DNA from: Octopus bimaculoides
Taxonomy: Eukaryota
DNA: 64,000 nt
NCBI RefSeq assembly: GCF_001194135.2
Contig: NC_068992.1
Span: 2,811,312 to 2,875,311, forward strand
Direction: 5' to 3'
Shown here one piece after another: positions 41,344 through 54,200 of this stretch. The position numbers and the translations under genes were made by a program. The notes beneath the pieces are model-generated. The model was not told the DNA's origin. It saw only the letters and a program-made list of their open reading frames with translations, and ran no database searches. How positions within the stretch are numbered: position 1 is the first letter of the stretch; each line of letters opens with the position of its first letter.

Positions 41344-43080
41344 AACAGACATTTATAGACAGACACACATCACACATACAGATGCAACACAAACTTACAC
41401 ACATACATACATTTTTGAAGAGATGAAATGGCTCAATGAATACCGCTTTGAATTAGCACTGTATTGGTTTTGAGCTGAAGAGCAGAGCAAATATCTTGTT
41501 TACACCTGCCTCACATTACCAAGATGTCAGAATAGAAAGGGGCACCAAACTTTCTGAGAAAAAGTCAGTAAAGTTGATCACTTCTGATTCCTGAATAATT
41601 TTATTGATTTTCAAACAACTTTGAAAATAGAAATAATATATTTCTAAATCTCTCGGAGAGATTTATGGCTGTAGCAGAGCACAATAAAGTGATAGTATGT
41701 TGTCAACTTAATGTGATAGTCCCATAAAAGGGAGATGTGTCAAGTGTTTCCTAGGGCTAAATAACAGTAGTATTCTTCCCTTTTATGGGACTGTCACAGT
41801 TATGGGACATATAGAGATACAGCATATGCATACATATGTGTGTATATACATATATACATATGTATGTACGTATGTATATACATACATGCATGCATGGAGG
41901 GAGGGAGGATAGCTAGAGAGAGATAGACAGACAGGTAGATAGATAGATAGATAGGCATACACACATGTACGCACACATATTTATATGACAGACCTGTACA
42001 TGGTTTCCATCTACCAAATTCCTGTCAGAATCTATTGATTAACTTGGGTCTGTTATAGTAGGCAGTTGCTCAAAGCACCACACACTACGATTGAACCTGC
42101 AACCAGTTACAAAGAGAACCTCTCAATCACACAGCTACTCTTTTGGTGGTTTGGTATTAGAAACATTTTCATACCAAATAAAACTTTAACTGCAGTTAAA
42201 CAAAAGTCTGTTTGGAGGAAGAATCAATAGGAATACAACAGGGGGCAATCGAATGACAGGGGGCAATCGAATGACATAGCCTTGTCATCAACATGGTAAC
42301 GTATAGTATCTATAGTTTTTTTTTTTTTTGTCATAGTTTATTTCTTCGTCTCTATTCAGAAGAGTTGAAGAAATAATATCAGGTACCGTTATCTAGTTTG
42401 GAAATAATGGAAAGTTACACAAGTTATAATTATTTGTGTCTAGATTTCCAAAACTATTTTCCATACTTTGATATTTTTAACAAGTCATTTAATCTCAACA
42501 TCATTGATTTGGTTTGTTCTTTCAATTCATTCCATCATCTCAATTCCTACCGTTTGTTGTTGTTGTTGTTATCGGTTTACCTTTGTTACCAATTCCATTC
42601 CATTGTTTAAACTTTTATTTTTTTCTTTCATTGTTTATATGAGTGTCTTTTCACTTGTACTGTTCTGTCAATGACGATCAAACAACCTGCTAGAAACAGC
42701 TTCCAAACCACTCTGAAATCACATCCTGTTGAGGATTATCTTAGATCATGTAGTCCAACACATAAAACAACAGGATTGTCATGGTTGGAATACTTTGGGT
42801 CAAAGGTCTGCTTGGTCAGGTTTAACCTATGGTAACTACTTGTCTAATAATGCTATCTGGCTATTGTTATTCAAAGATCATAAAGCTCCAAGTTCAGTTG
42901 TTTTGGAGATCAACAAATCACAATGAATTTTATATTTAGATTCCACAAACATTTTCTAATCATGTTCTGATCAAGATCTTTCCAATATTGAAAATTCTCC
43001 TAAACTAAAGAGAATTAATTTCATCAACTCATCCAATACAATAACTCTAATCTATCTCATCAATTATGAAAGGTTTATAC

Positions 43081-43487
43081 CAGGCCACGTGTCATCAGTA
43101 ATTACTCAGGGTAGGCAATTGGGGACCTTTATATAGTAAAACACACAAAAATAAGCGAAACATAGGCAATGCAACTGAGTTGGAGACAGATTTACTTCTG
43201 CCTTTTTAGCACATAAAGAAAATGGTGTTGTAGGTGTGGACGCAGCTCCTTTACTACAGCAGTACTATGTGTAGCTTGAATACTGAGATTGAAAAGCAGG
43301 GGCAAATTATACCTACTTAATCTACAAAAAAATAAAATATTTTGTATTTTATGCAGAGTAATCAGACTAACCTTCCTAATTTTATTGAATTAGGTGCATA
43401 TCTTGCCATAAAAGGAAATGTTGCTATCAATCTATTTTATTCAGGGTAGGCACTACCTACCTTGCCTACTTGGGTGGCACATCCCTG
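43081..43487. mobile_element. hAT-type non-autonomous element
   Basis: Ends CAGGCCACGTGTCA / GGTGGCACATCCCTG; 8-bp TSD GTTTATAC / GTTTATAT. Confidence 0.65.
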
Positions 43488-43874
43488 GTTTATATCCACT
43501 ATGGTGCTAGTTGTATACACCCAGGCTGTATAAATATATGCGTATATATTGTGAAGTGTTCCTATATATTTAATCTGTTTCTCGGCTGATTATCGTTACT
43601 CTAGCTTGTAGACATTCATGATAGCCATCAGTAACTAAAAATAAAAAGCTAAAATGATTCTTTTTTAGCATTTTTATCTTCATGTTCTAAACAAAATACT
43701 TACCCCGCCCCACAACCATTTACATTTTTATACTTTTTTCAATTATTAAAATAGTGAAGAGATTTAATTGATCCACTGTTTAAAGAGAATTTAAATGAAG
43801 AGGTATGTGGCGAGGACTTGATAGACAGAAAGAGAGAGAGAGCGAAAGAAAGTAAGAACATGTGGTCACTGTCA

Positions 43875-44260
43875 TGTGGCACTCCATCGCTTACGACGTC
43901 GAGGGTTCCAGTTGATCTGATCAACGGAACAGCCTGCTCGTGAAACTAGCGTGCAAGTGGCTGAGCACTCCACAGACATGTGTACCCTTAACATAGTTCT
44001 TGGGGAGATTCAGCGTGACACAGAATGGGACAAGGCTGGCTTCTTTGAAATACAGGCACAAGAGAAACAGGAAGTAAGAGTGAGAGAAGGTTGTGGTGAA
44101 AGAGTACAGCAGGGTTCACCACCCCTTCCTGCCAGAGCCTCATGGAGCTTTAGGTGTTTTAGCTCAATAATCACTCACAACGCCCGGTCTAGGAATCGAA
44201 GCCACGATCCTGAGACTGCTAATCCGCTGCCTTAACCACTGGGCCATTGTGCCTCCTCTA
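43875..44260 (-). mobile_element. SINE family C, near full length
   Basis: acgacgtcgagggttccagttgatc..ggaatcgaagcc..ccactgggccattgtgcctcc. Confidence 0.85.
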
Positions 44261-45682
44261 CTCTCATGTACACATAAACACAGAGCATTGACTAGTTTAG
44301 TCAGTAATGTCACAGAATTAGTAGCCATGAAGCTCCAGTCAAAAGCACTTAGTTTATTAATATATCCATTAATACATAGAGAATAGTGAATACTAAGAAG
44401 GTTATATAATGCAACCTAGAGCTTATGAATTAGTTGTGTATAACAATTTATCTGTAGTGCTGCTTTAAAATGAGTTTGGTTAGTGAGACCATGCTGGCTT
44501 AACAAGTCAGACATAATGATTTTGAAGTCAGTCGGGACTGGTTCAGCTTCAGCAGAGTTTGAAGCATGTGAATTCTCTCCATCAGACTGTTTATATTCTT
44601 GTTAATATTCAGCTGATCATGTAGATTTGCCAATTATTGCACGTGGAAAATTGCATTACTCAGAGCCAGGTGTATATATATGCGTGTGTGTGTGTGTGTG
44701 TGTATTAATTAATTCTATAAACAAATATTTCTAGTTTTCATCTAAAACAACCAGCAATTGTTTTCTAACCTCAATAACCCCAGTGTTATTCTAGACAATA
44801 GAGAGATATATATTTATATATTCTTATATAAAAACTAATTAATTCATAAGTTCTGTGCAGTCTCTCGGAGATATGGTCCCAAAATAACTTCAGAACAAGG
44901 GAAACTAGATCTCATAGAGAATAAGAGTGTGTGTATATGTGTGTGTGAATGAATGAGTAAGTGTGTGTATTCATATATAGATACACTGATATATATAATC
45001 ATATATATACCTATATACTTATATGTGTAGTGTGTTCAGTTGACTCTCTCCATCTCTGAGCTGCATCTTAGGCCTGCCATACTTCATCCTTAACACCACT
45101 GCTATCTGCTATCATTCTCAGCATCCTCATATATTTGATATCAAATGTCCTCTACACACTTTTGTGACTCCACTTACTTTAGCCATCCTCATATACCTCT
45201 GACCTCCATCTCTGCCACTGTTCATCACCCTCCCCTCCCACTTCCTGAGATACTTTCATCTCTCTCACCTCCTCCTTCTCCTCTATACTGATATCTACCA
45301 CTCTTTTCCATCATTCACTACATCCACCAATTTCTAACCATCTGTCGCTCTCCTCCCACATTCTTATAAAATTACCCACCAACTCTCAATATTTTCTCTT
45401 ATATTCACCTTCTTGTACCTTGAGAGTATACTCTGGCACCTTGTCACCACCATCTTTATCTCCCTTCCAGCTACTTTCATCCACTCTGATATAATGCAGT
45501 GTGGCTTAGTATCTCTTTTTTCTTTTTTTTGATGAGTAGTTCAATTACTATAGTTATGTCATGAAAAAAATTTGCTATCATCAGGTTATTTGAAACATAG
45601 GTAGGAAGAGAAAATTTAAACCAACCCACTTTGCTAAGCCATTAGCAATGTGAGCACTAGGTGTGTATATATATATATATAT

Positions 45683-46682
45683 NNNNNNNNNNNNNNNNNN
45701 NNNNNNNNNNNNNNNNNNNNNNNNNNNNNNNNNNNNNNNNNNNNNNNNNNNNNNNNNNNNNNNNNNNNNNNNNNNNNNNNNNNNNNNNNNNNNNNNNNNN
45801 NNNNNNNNNNNNNNNNNNNNNNNNNNNNNNNNNNNNNNNNNNNNNNNNNNNNNNNNNNNNNNNNNNNNNNNNNNNNNNNNNNNNNNNNNNNNNNNNNNNN
45901 NNNNNNNNNNNNNNNNNNNNNNNNNNNNNNNNNNNNNNNNNNNNNNNNNNNNNNNNNNNNNNNNNNNNNNNNNNNNNNNNNNNNNNNNNNNNNNNNNNNN
46001 NNNNNNNNNNNNNNNNNNNNNNNNNNNNNNNNNNNNNNNNNNNNNNNNNNNNNNNNNNNNNNNNNNNNNNNNNNNNNNNNNNNNNNNNNNNNNNNNNNNN
46101 NNNNNNNNNNNNNNNNNNNNNNNNNNNNNNNNNNNNNNNNNNNNNNNNNNNNNNNNNNNNNNNNNNNNNNNNNNNNNNNNNNNNNNNNNNNNNNNNNNNN
46201 NNNNNNNNNNNNNNNNNNNNNNNNNNNNNNNNNNNNNNNNNNNNNNNNNNNNNNNNNNNNNNNNNNNNNNNNNNNNNNNNNNNNNNNNNNNNNNNNNNNN
46301 NNNNNNNNNNNNNNNNNNNNNNNNNNNNNNNNNNNNNNNNNNNNNNNNNNNNNNNNNNNNNNNNNNNNNNNNNNNNNNNNNNNNNNNNNNNNNNNNNNNN
46401 NNNNNNNNNNNNNNNNNNNNNNNNNNNNNNNNNNNNNNNNNNNNNNNNNNNNNNNNNNNNNNNNNNNNNNNNNNNNNNNNNNNNNNNNNNNNNNNNNNNN
46501 NNNNNNNNNNNNNNNNNNNNNNNNNNNNNNNNNNNNNNNNNNNNNNNNNNNNNNNNNNNNNNNNNNNNNNNNNNNNNNNNNNNNNNNNNNNNNNNNNNNN
46601 NNNNNNNNNNNNNNNNNNNNNNNNNNNNNNNNNNNNNNNNNNNNNNNNNNNNNNNNNNNNNNNNNNNNNNNNNNNNNNNNNN
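45683..46682. other. Assembly gap (1000 N); other gaps at 3818-4113, 25308-25460, 34430-34439, 41202-41268 and 59224-59241
   Basis: N runs flanked by simple repeats. Confidence 0.99.
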
Positions 46683-46713
<31 letters not shown>

Positions 46714-47997
46714 CATACATATATATGTATGTGCATGCACACAGTATTGTACAGTTGATATTTATGTCTATGATCTCCTGGATAAATTTAGCCTGAGTGG
46801 CACAGTGTGCCTCTCCCTTAGAGTTAAATGTATGTATGTGGTTATGCGATAGGAAAATTAGGCTTGGATGCTGTTGTAGCTGTGTAATATTGTCTATTAT
46901 TACATAGCAGTGAAGAAGCATCCTAACATGTAGATATGCATCTTGAATCGAGTCATAATGAGTAATCTCTTAAAATTTCAGTGGGAGACTACAAACACGT
47001 CATGGCTAATTATTGTGTTGGGATTGCTCAGTGTTTGGAATATGCTGTTGTATTCTGATTGGTTAGGCATCGGTGAGATACAGTTGTTAATGCTACATTT
47101 CTGCAGAGAGCAAGGAAGAAACATTGTAGCTGTATTCTATACCAGAGTTAATTCTATACCATTGTTTGAGTTTATTTTGTCTATTTCTGTAGATTGCTAA
47201 AATTGATTGTCATAGACTCAGGTGTGCTTGAACCATTAAAAAGTTTCTTTTGCAGTCAATGTGGTCCTGAGTTCAATTTTGTTGCTTTTCTCATAGAGAA
47301 GTCACCTATCTCTTAGACGTTTGAGACTACAACTTGATAGACAGAAACTGTGTGAAGCCAAATGCACACAGTCTCATCAGCTACTCTCTTACTGATTCTA
47401 CCTGGGAATTTTTTTGAGGGTACATGCATGTGTGGAATACTCAACCACTTTATAATTCATGAACTGGCAGTTCAGTTGATTGAAATACTTCTACCCAAAT
47501 ATATTGGCAGATCCATCATCAATAAAATTGATTTCTTATAAACTGGAAATATATCTGTGGCTTTGTACAAGTATATCATCTAATGAACTTATGGGAAACT
47601 ATTTTATTTAATTATAAAAATTAGTCATATATTTATCAATTAGATAATTAAGAGAGTTACTGTTAAGTAGGACTTTCTTTTATTTTAATTAATTCCACAG
47701 CTAAATTTCGGCTGCTGACTTATTCGTTCATTAAAACATCTGAGATGATGTGAGTAGAGTATGTTACTTAAGAGAAACAAAAACTGCTTAATATCTAGAA
47801 GGTGGTCTTTTATGAAGATGATGTTGAATGAACTTTCATCTTAATTCTTGCCTTTGATATTAAATACAATCTATATTTATTAATGAAATGAGATGTGTCT
47901 ACATCTACAACTTACATATTAAACAAACTGTAATTATTTCTCCCCACCATATTCAACAGTACATACATGAACTTCAGTACTGAATATATTATTAAAC

Positions 47998-48115
47998 AGG
48001 TGGGCATATGGCATAGTGGTTAAAAGTGTGGGCTACTAACCCCAAGATTCTTGTTCGATTCCAGGCAGTGAGCTGAATAATAACAATAACAATAATAATA
48101 ATAATAACATCATCA
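47998..48115 (+). mobile_element. Short tRNA-headed SINE (family D) with (AAT)n tail
   Basis: TGGCATAGTGGTT A-box, gggctactaacccc arm, GTTCGATTCC B-box; no acceptor stem or CCA. Confidence 0.7.
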
Positions 48116-48314
48116 AAGACAGTAGTTATGGAGCTATTGCAGATTTCCCTATTTTTTCCTATTTGTCTCTGATGACAGAATAACCCATACTCAGGGATAT
48201 CCCAGAAACAGCTGTAAGACTTTGACTTTTTTTCCAATAATAGTAATGTGTATGACCTGAGGTGTTTGCCTTAATGTTTGTTGCAATTATATATATATAT
48301 ATATATTAAAACAA

Positions 48315-48420
48315 ACGGGTATATTGGTGTAGTGGTTAAGAATGTGGGCTACTAACCCCAAGATTCTGAGTTCAATTCCAGGCAGTGACCTGAATAATAA
48401 CACAATAGAGAATAATAAAA
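48315..48420 (+). mobile_element. Short tRNA-headed SINE (family D), second copy
   Basis: TGGTGTAGTGGTT..gggctactaaccccaagattctGAGTTCAATTCCaggcagtgacc. Confidence 0.7.
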
Positions 48421-48429
48421 CATCCAGAC

Positions 48430-48760
48430 AGATAGACAATACAAAAGTGTACAGGAAAAACAACAATTGGAGGGACAGGAAAAAAAGGACAGGTCATTCA
48501 TGGCCTTCTTTCTTCAGTCAAGTTACCAGATGTCCTTACAGTTTCGGGCAGTTACACTTGAGACTGTTCGATCTGGTTGCCCACCAAAAAATTTAAGCTA
48601 AGAGCCTTAGACTTTTTAGAAGAAAGCTAGTGAATGTGTACAACAACAAAGACAAAAAACAGAAAACATGGTACACAATTACAAATAACAAAAATATAAC
48701 AACAGGTGTCTTTCGACTGAAGATAAATCAAATTGATCTGGAGTGTATAAAATGAAAGCC
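48430..48760 (-). mobile_element. Penelope-like fragment
   Basis: Contains CTGAAGAAAGAAGGCC and CCGAAACTGT on the minus strand; weak signature only. Confidence 0.3.
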
Positions 48761-49674
48761 TTAAGGCAGGAACATAGGAGATGGACATAAGAGGTGTTGG
48801 TGGTCAGCAGGCAGACCAAGAAAGAAAGATATATATACAACAGGCTTCATCCAGTTTCTGTCTGAGGCTATTGTAGAAGACACTTGCCCAAAGTGCCACA
48901 TAATGGGACTGAACCCAGACCCATGTAGTAGGGAAGCAAGCTTCTTACTCCACAACCACACCTGCACATATCAGTAGATTTTTGTTTCATTTAGCCTACT
49001 AAAGGTATATGTATTTCCTAGTTGTCTGGCTAATAATAGGAAAGGCTTCTCAACTTAAAAACAAAAAAGAACACAAAACTATTGCTCTGAAAATATGCAT
49101 ATTTAAATTAAAAAAAAAAATAAACATCTGTGGCATAATTGATGTAAAACAGTAAAAAAAAAAACAAACAAAAACAATAGGTTTTATAATTAACAAAGTG
49201 ACTTTATTATTTATTAATGGCATCAGGTTCATCATGAATGAGTTTTTTTTTTTTTTATAAACTACCTTTATTTATATTCTATGAATATTTATAAATATTA
49301 CTGAAAATAATTACATATTAATATAATTTACATATAGACTTACAGAGGTATTTCATGCATGATCGGGCTACCAACTTTGCCAAACATTCTTTAGCACCCC
49401 CACCCACAACACATGAATATTTCATCTCTTTCTGAATCAATAAACTGTACATGAAGGCAGTTAGAACTGATATTATTTCATACATATATATAAGAGAGAG
49501 AGAGTAAACCCCCACCCCCTGCTACACACACACACACATACACATTCCGTCTTATATTCATTCTGGTTGTCACATAGGCTTTTGTAATTAACTTACCTTA
49601 TTGCTGCTGTCTGCTGTGATGGAGCAGGTTCAGTGAGTTTATTTGAGAAAGTACCACATGCGTAGGAGTTGTCG

Positions 49675-49767
49675 CATGTATATATATATACAATCACACA
49701 CACATACATATACACACATATATAGAGAGAGAGATATAGATAGATATATATAGATTTATAAATATAA

Positions 49768-49816
<49 letters not shown>

Positions 49817-50119
49817 TGTAGAAATAAATATATATATATAGATATAGGTAGATATGGATTATAAACTGATATATATATACACACATATATATATATACAC
49901 ACATATATATATATATATATAAATATATATATATATACATATATATATTCACTTCCATGTTTTTGTTTTTAATGTTCTTGTATTTCATTTTCTTCACGTT
50001 TTTTGACGTCCTGTACCCATATATGCATATATATATATACACACACATATATATACATACATATATATGTATACACATACATATATATATATGTATATAT
50101 TCATACATATATATATACA

Positions 50120-50182
<63 letters not shown>

Positions 50183-50300
50183 GCTTATATATATATGAAA
50201 GGGAGGGAGAGAGAGATACAAAAATAGATATAGATATAGATATATATATATAGGCAGATAGATACATATAGACAAACAGACAGGTATGTATGTATGTATG
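49675..50300. repeat. Long degenerate (TA)n/(CA)n array; similar arrays at 1-185 and 34300-34880
   Basis: Direct reading. Confidence 0.9.
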
Positions 50301-50705
50301 TATTGTGTGTTTGAAGTGGTGTACAGATATTGTATATTAAAAAGAAGGGGGCAGTCAGGGTTTTAGATAATTCTTTACTTGCACTTTTGTTCATTCAATG
50401 GAACTCTTCAAGATATAATGTAGAGAAAATTTCTTCTGCCTTTTATACAAATCGAAAAGAGGATGTTTTCTTTTGTTCAGAAGAGGAGAAAATTTTGCTT
50501 TTTGGAGAAAGGGAGAAAGGTAGGAAGAAGAACAAGAAAGGGAGTGAAAGAAAAGAGAAGAGGAAGAGAGACGGGGAGAAAGAGGCTGCTTTTCAATTAT
50601 ATTGAATCGATGTGGTCAATCCATTGAAATTTCTTTACAATTCAAGATGTCATTCTTGATTCAGTCGTTGTTTTCAAAAGCATTTCTTTCTCCTCTTCTC
50701 TCATT

Positions 50706-50737
<32 letters not shown>

Positions 50738-51299
50738 GTATATGTGTGTGTGTGTGTATGTATGTATATGTAGTGGTTCTTATATGGAGTATAAAATATC
50801 TGTCAATGCAAAAGTTTTCATCAATGTCCAGTTGCATTCTAGTAAAATGTTTCTCTAATGTTCAATTTGATTGTGTTTACTTGCTCAAAATATGACAGCT
50901 GTTGATCATCCCTACACACTAATGAGGGGTTAATGAGGCAATTATTATTGCTGCAAATATTTGAGTAACATGTGCTACAAAAAACTGCATCGCTTTTGTT
51001 AATATTGGTTTGTTTGTTTTTTTCTAAGCATTTGTTTAAATAATGATGTTTTGCAAAGTCTGTCATTCAAAGGTAAACATCTTGGCCACAGCTCCATGCC
51101 TGCCATCTAACCCTCACCCAACTACTATCGTTTTTTTTTTTTACGTAGATCTAGTTCTGTTTTCCTTCTTTTCTTTTCCCTCAATCCTTTCTTTTTCTCT
51201 CACTCTTTCTCCCTTTTCCAGTCTCTTTGTTCTGCTGACTTATCTCTGTCAAATCTTTGAAAGTGATCAATGTCGTCCCTTTCACTCATTAATATTACA

Positions 51300-54200
51300 C
51301 TTAGGTTTACGTGTGGTATTGTTTTCAGAGCTAGGTTAGTCAGTAAACGCTATAAATCTGTAATTAAGGCACTAACCGAAGCGGGGATACCTCAGAGTTT
51401 AGTTTTCACCATCGGATTTAACGGTAAATTGTAGTTAAAGAACAGTAAAAGGAATATGTGAAAATACGTTGTCCTAGTTTTATAAGTAAATTTGTTGATA
51501 TTGTTTACAGTCGCAAAATTTTAAATAAAACTTTAAAAATAAAGAAATTCATTTTATTTAACGTAATTATAGGATGTGGTCTGAGGTAAGATCAGAAAAC
51601 GAAGCGTTAATTTTATTTCAATAAATTATATAGCATTTAAGGTAGACAATAGAAAGGTCGAAAGTACACAACGGGCGTACATCGCATCGGTCATTCAGTG
51701 GACCTTAACTTAACCCTAGGTCACACACACATAAAGTTCCTGATACCCTTAGAAACGGAATAAACCACAATTGAAAAGTCCTCAATACCTCAACACAATA
51801 CGTGTCGTGTTATTCTTACAGAACTTCAGATATAAATATCGAAAGGTAATATTTATCCTTTCTTAAACGTGGATGTTCTGTCGGAACAAAATTTACTGTG
51901 GTAGATATCATGAGAAAAATTCTCATACTGGCTTTTTGGTGCAAAATGCAATTCACAGAGAAGTCAATGCAAGAGTTCTCCCATGGTGCTAACTACCACA
52001 GTAAAAGTTTGTTCTAATAGAACATCCACGTTTAAATGGGATAGATATTATTCTGTAACATTTTTGGCTCATACACCAGAATCACTATCATTAAGTGACG
52101 CACTATTGTGTCTATGGGTGTGTGTGTATTTTAAGAATTTACTATTTGCCAATGTTATACCAATTTCCAACGGCACCAAAAAACAACATGAAACTTGTAA
52201 AGTTAAGCCGCAAAACAAATCAAGTAAACTTCTCCTAAGATGAGTAACAACAATAATAACAACAAAATGAGTTGAGTGGAGTCGACAGAGAGAAAATAGC
52301 AGCGCCTTCGGTTTTAGGCTGCTGTTTCTGTCGACACGGCAACGTCATCATTAGCAGACTGGAAGAGAGAGAGAGAGAGAGAGTGAGTGAGAGAGGGAGG
52401 GAGACGGAGAGCCATCTGCTTTTAAACCTCCTCCCCCACCACAGAGAGAGAAAGAGAGACAGACAGAGAAAGTGAAAAAAAGAAACAAAGATAACACCAT
52501 TCCACAACACGAATAATATTTATGTGGGATGGTAAATATACACAAATATATGTGTACGTGTACGTTAGAGTGTCGTCGTTATTGACGGCAACCCACATAA
52601 AGAGTATTATTGAATATGTATAAATAGACTTATATTTATTTACACATGCACATACGCATTTTTATACACACACACGTATGCATATGTGAGTGCATGTGTG
52701 GTTCTGTGTGTGAGTGTACATTTATATATATCTAATTATATAAATATATATATATTTAGATGAACAGTTTTCAGTGGTTTTTCTGCCTTAGGACGACGAC
52801 GGAGTTCCCGTCATGGGTCCTGTGTGAGGGAGGAAAACACCAAGTGGGTTACAGAACCAAATTAACGACACAAAGTTGTAGTATCCCACTTTATGTTTGT
52901 TAGTTTCAAAGTTTGTGGGTGACAACGACCAATGTGAAAAGAAAGGGTTGAGAAGAAATTAGTATTTAACGATGGAGAAAACAAAGATTTTGCCAGTGCC
53001 CGCTTGTTGTCAACATGTTCTGATAATCGCTTCTTTGTTTTCTCTTGCAGATGGAGTATCTAAACCATGTAAGTATTACTTTTTCTTTCTTTTTTTTCTT
53101 TCTACATTTATGGATATCTTTAAAAAAAGATTAACAAACTTTGACTATATTCAACTTATTTTGTAATTGTTTTTTTGTCTGCGAAAGGCGGTGAGTTATT
53201 GGTGTTGGTAATAGAGATGGGTGGTTAATTAATGTTTCATATTAACTTGCTTTGCTAATGACAATAGTGTTGATGTGATAAAAATAAAAAAAGTACCGTT
53301 ATTTATTTATTTATTATTATTATATTTTTTTGTGAGTTGTTATCTGAAAGCTCTGTAAACGGAAGGTGGAAGTAAGGAAACGGTTGGTGGCTATCTCCGT
53401 TCCTACATTCGTCTTCAACAACTTCCTTCTCTCTCTCTCAAATATCCATACATCAACAGCTCGCCGAGTCTATCGATAAATCTAACAATTATAGTCTACA
53501 ATAATAACAGTAACGTGAACTGGGATAATGTTTCTAGAAACGAGAAAGCAAACTCTGTGTGTGTAAATTCAGAATACACGTTCCTGTAGATAGATACAGG
53601 CTGTTCAGGGGATTAGGAAAATGTTGACGGAATAGAAGATGAGACGGTATGGTTAACAATAATAATAATAATAATGTGTGTGTGCATGCAAAGAGATTGT
53701 TAAATCTGGTGGTGGGGGTCAACGAAAACGAATAAGCAAGAAAGAATATAAATAACTGGTCGTCCTAAGAATAAATATATAAATTAGGTCAAAAAACAAG
53801 AACTCTACATAATCATCTCCCGTTTAAAATTACTTTTTCTTTTCACATCAGAAAACCTAAGTTTGAGTAGAATTTTAAACTTTAAAAAAGTATTTTCCTC
53901 GCGAATAAACTTATATTTTGTCTGTGTCTGCAGCTTTGGATTGCACCAAAATGACAATCCAATCAAAAGCCTATTAATAGAAAGATTAGTTCCCCATGCA
54001 TTAATAATACATTTTCACATTACCATCTGTGTACTTGTATATGAATCTCACTGACGTAACTTGTTAGCAGCATGTTTACACATGTGGTCGCTCGGCCTGC
54101 TGAAAATAGTAGCCAAATCACATTCAAATTGTACCCTAGCATCTTGAAGAAAAAGAACACAATAAAATAATACAGGACTATTTCGATGCGGCGTAGAAGT

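Noticed and set aside
45581-46921. Long ORFs of 350-450 aa in the ORF track
   Set aside because: They span N runs. Similar YI/HT/CV/ER-repeat ORFs elsewhere are microsatellite translations.
47998-48420. tRNA genes
   Set aside because: No acceptor stem, D arm degenerate, followed by a SINE body and (AAT)n; treated as SINE heads.
53188-53196. Strong donor GCG|gtgagt
   Set aside because: Only an aag acceptor 3 nt upstream, and the sequence also matches the first bases of the SINE-B head (aaggcggtgag).
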